Positions 7,918 through 13,725 of a stretch of 16,673 bases of DNA are shown piece after piece. The translations under genes were made by a program, and so were the position numbers. Under the pieces are notes generated by a model. The model saw only the letters and a program-made list of their open reading frames with translations, searched no databases and was not told where the DNA came from. The DNA comes from a virus, in UHGV virus genome UHGV-0183032. One strand, given 5' to 3'. Each line of letters starts with the position of its first letter. Position 1 is the first letter of the stretch.

Positions 7918-8118
7918 TTACTTATTCCCCATTCGCGCGTCGTGTTCCTCTTGCGCTCGCTTGTTCTCCTGTGATTTGAAGTAATAGTTAACGGCAAATG
8001 TGCCTACGGTTGATAAGATACCCACAAAGACGGCAATGTCATTGATGGTTATCGCGCCGAAAAAAGCAGTTACGGCCCCAGTCACATACGCGCACGCCTC
8101 CCGTATTTTGTCGAACAT
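7918..8118 (-). CDS. Holin, two-TM class II (pinholin-like)
   Basis: 66 aa with two hydrophobic helices and a charged C-terminus (KSQENKRAQEEHDARMGNK). Immediately upstream of the SAR endolysin; GGAGG 7 nt before ATG 8118. Confidence 0.8.
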   Translation of the reverse strand: MFDKIREACAYVTGAVTAFFGAITINDIAVFVGILSTVGTFAVNYYFKSQENKRAQEEHDARMGNK

Positions 8119-8130
8119 AGATTTTCCTCC

Positions 8131-8160
8131 AACAAAGCAAAAACCCGGCGCGGGGCCGGG
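8131..8160 (-). terminator. Intrinsic terminator on the minus strand, directly upstream of the holin RBS (tR'-like)
   Basis: Minus strand reads CCCGGC-cccgc-GCCGGG followed by TTTTTGCTTTGTT: 6-bp GC stem, 5-nt loop, U-tract. About 13 nt separate it from the holin RBS. Confidence 0.6.
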
Positions 8161-8188
8161 TAATTACAATTTCGCATTGTTAGGAAAT

Positions 8189-8217
8189 ATTTTAATCTGT
8201 TTGTTTACGCCCTACAA
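8189..8217 (-). promoter_or_regulatory. Candidate sigma70-type promoter (late promoter P_R'-like) upstream of the terminator
   Basis: Minus strand TTGTAG, 17-nt spacer, TAAAAT; would give a roughly 50-nt leader ending at the hairpin. The -35 element is weak. Confidence 0.3.
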
Positions 8218-8224
8218 ATACGGC

Positions 8225-8401
8225 TTACGGCTTTCTATATATCAGGCCGTTATCAAGCAACATTTGCATATGCCGCCGATCCATGTCGCTTGATTCCCAA
8301 TGTGGATCGTCATCAGGTCTTATCATCACCTTATTACCTTTAAGTAAATAGACGATGTTAAATACCTTATGCAAATAGATACCATCTTCGATCTCGTTCA
8401 T
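8225..8401 (-). CDS. Hypothetical small protein, 58 aa (MNEIEDGIYLHKV...)
   Basis: Found by hand, codons verified. ATG 8401 overlaps the stop of the upstream ORF (ATGA). N-terminus IEDGIY resembles its upstream neighbour. Confidence 0.5.
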   Translation of the reverse strand: MNEIEDGIYLHKVFNIVYLLKGNKVMIRPDDDPHWESSDMDRRHMQMLLDNGLIYRKP

Positions 8402-8577
8402 AGGTCGCTAACCCTCACCAGTTCACCAGCATCAAGAAATATTTTAATTGTTTCTCGCGTCGTCTTAATGATTGGCGCTACCCACTCACCACCGCCAACG
8501 CGGATGCGAATATCATCACCTTCTACGCGGTAAAACAGCCCGTCTACTACTGTTGCGTACACCCCATCTTCAATCAT
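8398..8577 (-). CDS. Hypothetical small protein, 59 aa (MIEDGVYATVVDGLFYRVEGDD...)
   Basis: Found by hand, codons verified. AGGAG 8 nt before ATG 8577, which overlaps the stop of the upstream membrane ORF (ATGA). Confidence 0.55.
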   Translation of the reverse strand: MIEDGVYATVVDGLFYRVEGDDIRIRVGGGEWVAPIIKTTRETIKIFLDAGELVRVSDL

Positions 8578-8771
8578 TTCTTGCGCTCCTTAATAGCTCG
8601 ATTGATCTGCCCTGCCGTAGCGTCGAAGAAAGCGATAAACACAGTCACAGGCCAAAAAGGAATCTCAAGGCCGCCAGGTTCAGCTCCGCTAAACTTAATA
8701 AAACAAGACATCAGGATAGCGCCAGCGATATAAAGCAAAACAATCACAGCTATAAGGCATTCAATCATCAT
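8574..8771 (-). CDS. Small membrane protein, about 65 aa with two predicted TM helices
   Basis: ATG-ATG at 8771/8768 overlaps the stop of the upstream acidic ORF; GAGGG upstream. Helices IECLIAVIVLLYIAGAILMSCF and IPFWPVTVFIAFF. The track's longer form (start 8861) overlaps the upstream gene and is rejected. Confidence 0.55.
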   Translation of the reverse strand: MMIECLIAVIVLLYIAGAILMSCFIKFSGAEPGGLEIPFWPVTVFIAFFDATAGQINRAIKERKK

Positions 8772-9012
8772 CGCCCTCGTCTTCATGTTCAGCCAGGAAA
8801 TCATCAACGGCACGGTAAGTAACTGGAGGGATGTATTCGAAATCATCAGAATCAAGATCAAGCGTCCTGCTGTCGCCGTCGTCGTCCATCGTATTCATCC
8901 CTAACTCACCGAAAGGGCCGTACCCAATGTGGCCCAGGTATTCGCAACCAATCGTAAACCCAGGGTATTCGCCTTTACACCGGATCTTGTAAGGTTTATT
9001 TGATGCGCTCAA
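8761..9012 (-). CDS. Hypothetical protein with extremely acidic C-terminal half
   Basis: 83 aa from a TTG start at 9012 with strong GGAGGGGTGG RBS just upstream; alternative ATG at 8898 gives a 45-aa acidic peptide. C-terminal half is extremely acidic (DDDGDSRTLDLDSDDFEY...AEHEDEGDDD). Confidence 0.5.
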   Translation of the reverse strand: MSASNKPYKIRCKGEYPGFTIGCEYLGHIGYGPFGELGMNTMDDDGDSRTLDLDSDDFEYIPPVTYRAVDDFLAEHEDEGDDD

Positions 9013-9319
9013 TTTCCACCCCTCCGTTTTCGCCTTCAGTCACTTTGTATTCTGCCGCCAGTTCAGCGCCAAGCAATTCCACTTCCATATTAGCGATACC
9101 CTGGAACATCAGATAGGCAAAAACTAGGCTTTTAATTCTATCCGGGTCTTCAAGATGGTCTGCATTAAAAGGCGGTTCCGATACGTGGAAGCATTTAACA
9201 TGCGCATCGTCTTCAGTGGCTACACGGAAACATGCACTAGGTTGCCCGGCAAATTGTCCTAATCTTTCTTCGTTCGGTAAAGTGCCACGGAAAACTTTAA
9301 CGCTGATAAATTTAGACAT
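8996..9319 (-). CDS. Hypothetical protein, 107 aa
   Basis: ATG start verified; packed between neighbours in the island. Confidence 0.6.
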   Translation of the reverse strand: MSKFISVKVFRGTLPNEERLGQFAGQPSACFRVATEDDAHVKCFHVSEPPFNADHLEDPDRIKSLVFAYLMFQGIANMEVELLGAELAAEYKVTEGENGGVEIERIK

Positions 9320-9322
9320 TGT

Positions 9323-9577
9323 CTATTCTCCTTCGTAAAAAATAGCTACCAGTTCAGGATTGTTTAATGGGTTAGGGCAAGAATAAAAACCACTTCGCAA
9401 TAACCCCCTAAGCGCCTTTATTTTTCTGTGCACCGGGATTGACTCGCTTAAATAGAAATCATCTTTCCTTTTGTCATAAGGTAGCTCGTAAAACCTACCA
9501 TAATTTACGAATTGAACGACGCGGCAAAACTCACCGTCAGCCTTACTGTTGCCGCGCCATATTTTGATTATTTCCAT
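9323..9577 (-). CDS. Hypothetical protein, 84 aa
   Basis: ATG start verified; 3-nt gaps to both neighbours. Confidence 0.6.
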   Translation of the reverse strand: MEIIKIWRGNSKADGEFCRVVQFVNYGRFYELPYDKRKDDFYLSESIPVHRKIKALRGLLRSGFYSCPNPLNNPELVAIFYEGE

Positions 9578-9580
9578 AAA

Positions 9581-9880
9581 TTAAAACTCCGCACCAGGTA
9601 AGCTACGCGCTTTGTTTACCGTATCGTGCTTTAACAATAAACCAGCGTGATAATTCATAATCCCCATATTACCTACTGGTATTTCATCATTTTCTGCCTT
9701 TATTATTAACAACTGGTTTTTAGTGAAGATCCTGTCTCCATCAGTGATATATAACCAGTCGCCGCGCTTACCAACAACAACATGAGATCTGCCTAAGCTG
9801 TCTTTAAATTCATAATTACAGAAAACATCATCGTTAGGAACTTCAACAAAACAGCAAGCAATAAATTTAGCGCTTTTCAT
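9581..9880 (-). CDS. Hypothetical protein, 99 aa, possible distant member of the tandem small-protein family
   Basis: Start chosen at ATG 9880 (AAGGG 8 nt upstream); the track's ATG at 9910 lies inside a GC hairpin. Motif GDWLYITDGDRIF resembles the ITDDxGxLW motif of the 10.4-11.4 kb paralogs. Confidence 0.55.
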   Translation of the reverse strand: MKSAKFIACCFVEVPNDDVFCNYEFKDSLGRSHVVVGKRGDWLYITDGDRIFTKNQLLIIKAENDEIPVGNMGIMNYHAGLLLKHDTVNKARSLPGAEF

Positions 9881-9902
9881 GATTACACCCTTCTGATTTG
9901 AT

Positions 9903-9918
9903 GGGGCCATCCGGCCCC
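9903..9918. repeat. Perfect GC-rich hairpin (GGGGCC-atcc-GGCCCC) in a 43-bp intergenic gap
   Basis: 6-bp all-GC stem with 4-nt loop. A U-rich run follows on the plus strand (GTGTTTTAT), not the minus strand. Confidence 0.5.
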
Positions 9919-9923
9919 GTGTT

Positions 9924-10064
9924 TTATGCTTCTTCGTCTCCTTTAAACCCTAAGCACTCCGCGTACTCGTCAATGCTTAATGCTTCTTCACCTTGTGCCA
10001 GTAATTCAAAGTATCTTGCGTACAGTTCGAAAACCCAGGCCGGATATTTAGCGTTAGCGTTCAT
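9924..10064 (-). CDS. Hypothetical small protein, 46 aa (MNANAKYPAWVFELYARYFELLAQGEEALSIDEYAECLGFKGDEEA)
   Basis: Found by hand; GGGGG 6 nt before ATG 10064; fills the gap between neighbouring genes. Confidence 0.5.
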   Translation of the reverse strand: MNANAKYPAWVFELYARYFELLAQGEEALSIDEYAECLGFKGDEEA

Positions 10065-10074
10065 GGTTTCCCCC

Positions 10075-10353
10075 TTATGCCATACGTGCGAATTCAAGTG
10101 ATTTGCATTCGTAGTCTTCCTCTGCCTGTTCGATGACTGCCATCATCATTTCGTTTGCGTTGTTGAATGCGTTGCTTTGTGCGAACTTGTCGGCTCCACC
10201 TTCTTCTTCGAACTCCGCGTTGTTTGCTGCAATGTAGTGATATTCGATGTTGTTCAGGTAAGGGCTTGCAGCGTGTGCTGGGTCTTCTTTCTCCACCATC
10301 TCCCAAAATGCGTTTAAGCGAGATTCGACTTCTTTGTTAATCCAGCGTTTCAT
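10075..10353 (-). CDS. Hypothetical acidic protein, 92 aa; first gene after the predicted 10.4 kb promoter
   Basis: ATG 10353 with GGAGGG about 9 nt upstream; acidic composition (EFEEEGGAD, EQAEEDYE). Confidence 0.65.
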   Translation of the reverse strand: MKRWINKEVESRLNAFWEMVEKEDPAHAASPYLNNIEYHYIAANNAEFEEEGGADKFAQSNAFNNANEMMMAVIEQAEEDYECKSLEFARMA

Positions 10354-10388
10354 TTTTCTACCCTCCGCATCGTTCTCTCTTCAGCTTC

Positions 10389-10417
10389 TTTATAACAAAA
10401 TGGCACTGCCGAAACAA
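10389..10417 (-). promoter_or_regulatory. Candidate sigma70 promoter with extended -10 (minus strand)
   Basis: Minus strand TTGTTT, 17-nt spacer, TGt-TATAAA. Predicted start near 10382, about 30 nt before the RBS of the 10353 gene. Confidence 0.35.
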
Positions 10418-10425
10418 TGCCATTT
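10397..10425. repeat. Inverted repeat AAATGGCA-N12-TGCCATTT overlapping the candidate promoter (operator-like)
   Basis: Perfect 8-bp arms with 12-nt spacer. A GCCATTT-type motif recurs in the 16.4 kb and 6.8 kb gaps. Confidence 0.45.
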
Positions 10426-10434
10426 CGTAAACCT

Positions 10435-10450
10435 TGTGATACAGATCACA
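10435..10450. promoter_or_regulatory. Near-consensus CRP-type binding site (TGTGA-N6-TCACA)
   Basis: TGTGATACAGATCACA with flanking TT...TTT, matching the core of the Enterobacterial CRP consensus. Centred about 60 bp upstream of the predicted start. Confidence 0.4.
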
Positions 10451-10451
10451 T

Positions 10452-10676
10452 TTACGTTTCTTCCGTAAAAGTAACCTTCATCGCCCCATCCGAACTACGG
10501 ACAACATAACGACCAATACCGCCTAGCGGCCCTGCATACCATAAGTGACCGTAAGTGTCAGTCACGACGATAAACGGAAATTTAGGAGACAATCCCATCG
10601 GTTTTTCAGCCGTGTACTGTACGCCTTCCTCAAAACAGCCCAATTTCGATTCGTTACACGTTAAAATCATTTTCAT
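10452..10676 (-). CDS. Tandem small-protein family member D, 74 aa
   Basis: ATG 10676 overlaps the stop of member C (ATGA). Motif CFEEGVQY...IVVTDTYGHLWYAG. The track's longer Cys/Trp-rich form starts upstream and overlaps member C. Confidence 0.55.
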   Translation of the reverse strand: MKMILTCNESKLGCFEEGVQYTAEKPMGLSPKFPFIVVTDTYGHLWYAGPLGGIGRYVVRSSDGAMKVTFTEET

Positions 10677-10912
10677 ACCCCTACATACGAAAACGCAGCA
10701 AAAGCACCACCACCAGCACGCGCATAAACAAGCGCCGTGCCACAACCCATCTTATAAAATCGCCATAACTGCCCCTGGTCGTCAGTAATGGCATGAATAT
10801 ATTCCTGATCCTTTGCGTCAACCAATGCCGCGTCAACCTCGTAGATCTTGCCATTCTTAAAAAACGCGCTGCATCGTGAGTATGTGCACTGGTATCTATG
10901 TTTCCGATTCAT
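10673..10912 (-). CDS. Tandem small-protein family member C, 79 aa
   Basis: ATG 10912 with GAGGTG upstream. Motif FFKNGKIY...HAITDDQGQLWRFY; C-terminus GGGAFAAFSYVGV resembles member A. Confidence 0.6.
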   Translation of the reverse strand: MNRKHRYQCTYSRCSAFFKNGKIYEVDAALVDAKDQEYIHAITDDQGQLWRFYKMGCGTALVYARAGGGAFAAFSYVGV

Positions 10913-10922
10913 AGCACCTCAC

Positions 10923-11180
10923 TTATTCCGGTTTACTGCCTTCGCGGGCGCAAAACTCCGCGATCTCACGGAAATCATGCACTATGCGATAAATATACAA
11001 ACCAGCGGCGTTATTGATATGGCTAACATAAGCGAAATAAACTTTATCATCATCGCCAGTTATCGCCATTGCACCATCACCGCCCGGTGCGCCGTGGAGT
11101 TGAACGCCGCAATAGATCTTCCCTTCTTCAAAAATATTGCGGTCGCGCGTCTGCAATACCTCAAAATATAAATGTTTCAT
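10923..11180 (-). CDS. Tandem small-protein family member B, 85 aa
   Basis: ATG 11180 with GGGG 5 nt upstream (track start at 11216 is TTG). Motif IFEEGKIY...MAITGDDDKVYFAY. Confidence 0.6.
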   Translation of the reverse strand: MKHLYFEVLQTRDRNIFEEGKIYCGVQLHGAPGGDGAMAITGDDDKVYFAYVSHINNAAGLYIYRIVHDFREIAEFCAREGSKPE

Positions 11181-11190
11181 TGTTGCCCCT

Positions 11191-11403
11191 TTAATAACGT
11201 TCAAAGCTGGCAGCAAAACCTACACCGGATATTTCACCGCCTTCATAGCTCGGCCTGAATACCCATATTTCGTCATGATTATCAATCAAGGCAAGGCAAT
11301 TACTCATTGTGTGTGCTTCATTGCCATAAACGATGTGAACGTCATAAATACTCCCAATCGTGAAAACACTGTCATTGCTTGAGTATGAGCATTTAACTTG
11401 CAT
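11191..11403 (-). CDS. Tandem small-protein family member A, 70 aa
   Basis: ATG 11403 overlaps the upstream stop (TGATG). Motif VFTIGSIY...LALIDNHDEIWVF; C-terminus GVGFAASFERY. Confidence 0.6.
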   Translation of the reverse strand: MQVKCSYSSNDSVFTIGSIYDVHIVYGNEAHTMSNCLALIDNHDEIWVFRPSYEGGEISGVGFAASFERY

Positions 11404-11648
11404 CAGAAAACCCCTTTATAATCGACCGTGTATTTTGCTATCAGATTCCAGTCGCAGTAATTAAGCATGTCGCGAGGCTGCCAGCCTTTCATCCCGACCG
11501 CCCGCCGCGCAGCGTGACGGCGATAATCATCGTTATAGTCAGCTATGCACCACGGCTGGAGAACAAACATATAATTTGCTTCATTAACCAGGATAGCCAC
11601 CCGCTTTCCTGTTGCCTTGTCTTTTGCCCTGAAATAATTCACTTTCAT
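11403..11648 (-). CDS. Hypothetical protein, 81 aa
   Basis: ATG verified; overlaps the upstream gene by 4 nt. Confidence 0.6.
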   Translation of the reverse strand: MKVNYFRAKDKATGKRVAILVNEANYMFVLQPWCIADYNDDYRRHAARRAVGMKGWQPRDMLNYCDWNLIAKYTVDYKGVF

Positions 11649-11860
11649 TTTAATACCTCGTCGATCAGCATTTCTTCTTCCAGGTTAGCCGGACGTTTAC
11701 GGAATATCCCGGCAAAAACCAGGTCATCAAGTAGGTCTTTGCGTTTAAATAGCCACTCTTTCATTATTACCCCGTCATCGCTGCGATATACGACGCCGTT
11801 TTTCAAAAAATAAAAAGTGCTGGTATTTGTTTGAAGGTATAAATCTTCGTAAACGTCCAT
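11645..11860 (-). CDS. Hypothetical protein, 71 aa, with FLKNGVVY...W motif reminiscent of the tandem family
   Basis: ATG verified; motif FYFLKNGVVYRSDDGVIMKEWLF. Confidence 0.6.
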   Translation of the reverse strand: MDVYEDLYLQTNTSTFYFLKNGVVYRSDDGVIMKEWLFKRKDLLDDLVFAGIFRKRPANLEEEMLIDEVLK

Positions 11861-11864
11861 GATA

Positions 11865-12092
11865 TTAACCCTCGACTACTTGCAAGCCGCGCCCCTTATC
11901 GCCTACGAAGTCGCCCAGGCTAAACGTATATGACCACGCTGGGTTAATGTAGTAATCATCAGCACCGTGAGCGATAAGGTCTTTACCCAAAATGACGCAG
12001 GTCACATCATCAGAATGAACAACGTCTACCGTTTCCCTTACCGCGCGTTTTAATGATGGGTAGCCGTGATCGTGCAAGAATTTAACTTTCAT
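11865..12092 (-). CDS. Hypothetical protein, 75 aa
   Basis: ATG verified; 4-nt overlap with the upstream gene. Confidence 0.6.
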   Translation of the reverse strand: MKVKFLHDHGYPSLKRAVRETVDVVHSDDVTCVILGKDLIAHGADDYYINPAWSYTFSLGDFVGDKGRGLQVVEG

Positions 12093-12376
12093 ATTTCTTT
12101 CCCTTTATAAGTAACAGCATCAGCGATCAACAATACCGCCAGCAATTCACCGTCATGTAACGGGTCTGGAATAGCAAAAAATATGTCGCTGTTTTTGTCC
12201 GGCACTACTACGCGCATATTTCCCTGTTTGTCTTCATGCACGAACCACGGCTTTTCGTGTGGCTCAAACATGCCGAAAAGTAATTTAAGATCTATTTCTT
12301 CACCCTTCGTGAATAACGACACATCAGTTGTAGTGATAACTAACGCTTTCTGATCTGCTGTTTTCTTCGCTCTCAT
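12089..12376 (-). CDS. Hypothetical protein, 95 aa
   Basis: ATG verified; 4-nt overlap with the upstream gene. Confidence 0.6.
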   Translation of the reverse strand: MRAKKTADQKALVITTTDVSLFTKGEEIDLKLLFGMFEPHEKPWFVHEDKQGNMRVVVPDKNSDIFFAIPDPLHDGELLAVLLIADAVTYKGKEI

Positions 12377-12606
12377 TCCTCTGTCTCCCAGCGGTCTATG
12401 CTGATTAAAAAGTCCCGGATAGCGTGTCGCTCGTCGCGCGTCGGTTTACGCTTCCGGTAAATTTTGAAATCGAACCATTCTTTTTCTTGTTCGAAGTCCA
12501 GATCGTAAGCAAGCGCCTCGATATATCCGCAGTCGTGATACTGGTAAGCCACGCCAGCACGAACAAAAAAGCGGGTTTTATCCCGCTTGTGTTCATAGAT
12601 ACACAT
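12373..12606 (-). CDS. Hypothetical protein, about 77 aa
   Basis: Start chosen at ATG 12606 (GGGG upstream, no overlap with the upstream gene) rather than the track's ATG 12651, which overlaps by 35 nt and has GAAGG abutting the ATG. Confidence 0.5.
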   Translation of the reverse strand: MCIYEHKRDKTRFFVRAGVAYQYHDCGYIEALAYDLDFEQEKEWFDFKIYRKRKPTRDERHAIRDFLISIDRWETEE

Positions 12607-12616
12607 ATTTGCCCCA

Positions 12617-12847
12617 CTATGCAGTTGTGTAACTATCAACCAGCTTTTCATCCTTCATTCTGGAAAGCTGCATGATATTCATCGTGTAGCCGTTGTCAGA
12701 GAAAAGCCACTCCGCAGCCTTGCGACGAAAAACAATATCATCATGGTTACGTGTCCATGTAGCTATCACAACGCGTTTCCCGTTAGTGGCGAACATAGAT
12801 AACGCGTTATCAACTACGTCGATAGCCTGCCAGATTTTTAGTTCCAT
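12617..12847 (-). CDS. Hypothetical protein, 76 aa
   Basis: ATG verified. Confidence 0.55.
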   Translation of the reverse strand: MELKIWQAIDVVDNALSMFATNGKRVVIATWTRNHDDIVFRRKAAEWLFSDNGYTMNIMQLSRMKDEKLVDSYTTA

Positions 12848-13203
12848 GATTTATCTCCGTAGATTTTGAATAGTTCACACGCTTCCTGATTTTCAAGTAT
12901 ATTCATATGCAGGTCACGCAGGCGGCGCATTGTGCGGAATCGCGGTCTGAACTCCTGGCTACGTTTAATGTATTTGCCGCCAATTGAATAAATATGCCCG
13001 TATGCGTACCATCTGTTGCCTACCCATATATCATATTCTTTTCCTTCGTAATTAAATTTTATAGTTAGCTCGCCTACTTCAACTATTAACCCTTTATCAA
13101 TGATGTCATTAAGCATTTCGTCCCATTCTTTGAGGAATGGTTGCTGATAAAAACCAAAAAGCGTATTTGCAGCATGGCAAAGATAATCAATGATTATTTG
13201 CAT
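12838..13203 (-). CDS. Hypothetical protein, 121 aa
   Basis: ATG verified; largest ORF of the island. Confidence 0.65.
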   Translation of the reverse strand: MQIIIDYLCHAANTLFGFYQQPFLKEWDEMLNDIIDKGLIVEVGELTIKFNYEGKEYDIWVGNRWYAYGHIYSIGGKYIKRSQEFRPRFRTMRRLRDLHMNILENQEACELFKIYGDKSWN

Positions 13204-13207
13204 ATTA

Positions 13208-13420
13208 TCACCACATCATGTAATAAACGTTCTCGTCAGCTAATGCGTCCGCTACATCCTGCGTCATGTGCCTGGCTTCAAGGAAAAAATCCTCATCATG
13301 CCATTCACTAACAAGCATACGCGCCCATTTACGGCGGCGGCGCTTATTGTGTCGTAGATCATCAAAAGTCATTAATGCTTTGTCATATGCCCTTACAAGG
13401 CGTTTACGGTTACTTTTCAT
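13208..13420 (-). CDS. Hypothetical basic protein, about 70 aa
   Basis: Start chosen at ATG 13420 (AAGGTGG 8 nt upstream; ATGA overlap with the upstream stop); the track start at 13444 is TTG. Arg/Lys-rich (NKRRRRKWAR). Confidence 0.55.
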   Translation of the reverse strand: MKSNRKRLVRAYDKALMTFDDLRHNKRRRRKWARMLVSEWHDEDFFLEARHMTQDVADALADENVYYMMW

Positions 13421-13725
13421 TGCTCGACCCACCTTAACATCCAATTCACATCACATTTAATTGCGAATACTCTCACCGGATCAGTGCCGAATAATGGATG
13501 TGTGATAGTTTTCACTTCGTACCCAAAATAAGGAAGGTTAATAATCCTGTGTTTTTCGTGGTTGGCAGGGTATCCCCATTTAATAATCAGGCGCTCATAT
13601 TCCCGCCCTTCCAGACGTTTACGCCAATAGTCATTATAAAGCCGGTATTCCTCCACCTTCTTTCCCGCCCGGATAGCGTGGAAATATTCCCCTTTCAGAT
13701 TCAAATGCAGGTCTTTACTTGCCAT
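13417..13725 (-). CDS. Possible ASCH/PUA-like fold protein, about 102 aa
   Basis: Start chosen at ATG 13725 (AGGA 8 nt upstream); the track start at 13761 is TTG. N-terminus LHLNLKGEYFHAIRAGKKVEEYRL resembles the ASCH/DUF3850 signature from memory. Confidence 0.5.
   Translation of the reverse strand: MASKDLHLNLKGEYFHAIRAGKKVEEYRLYNDYWRKRLEGREYERLIIKWGYPANHEKHRIINLPYFGYEVKTITHPLFGTDPVRVFAIKCDVNWMLRWVEQ

Noticed and set aside
8000-8822. Plus-strand ORFs 8000-8293 and 8472-8822
   Set aside because: Antisense to the holin, terminator region and small minus-strand genes; no RBS, and they would conflict with the same-strand terminator.
8574-8861. Track's full-length 95-aa minus ORF
   Set aside because: The upstream 90 nt overlap the acidic-protein gene in another frame; only the part from ATG 8771 is kept.
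9898-11382. Plus-strand ORFs in the island (9898-10101, 10555-10788, 10848-11171, 11137-11382) and minus nested ORF 10094-10306
   Set aside because: Antisense or nested within a tightly coupled minus-strand gene series; Arg/His-rich off-frame composition.
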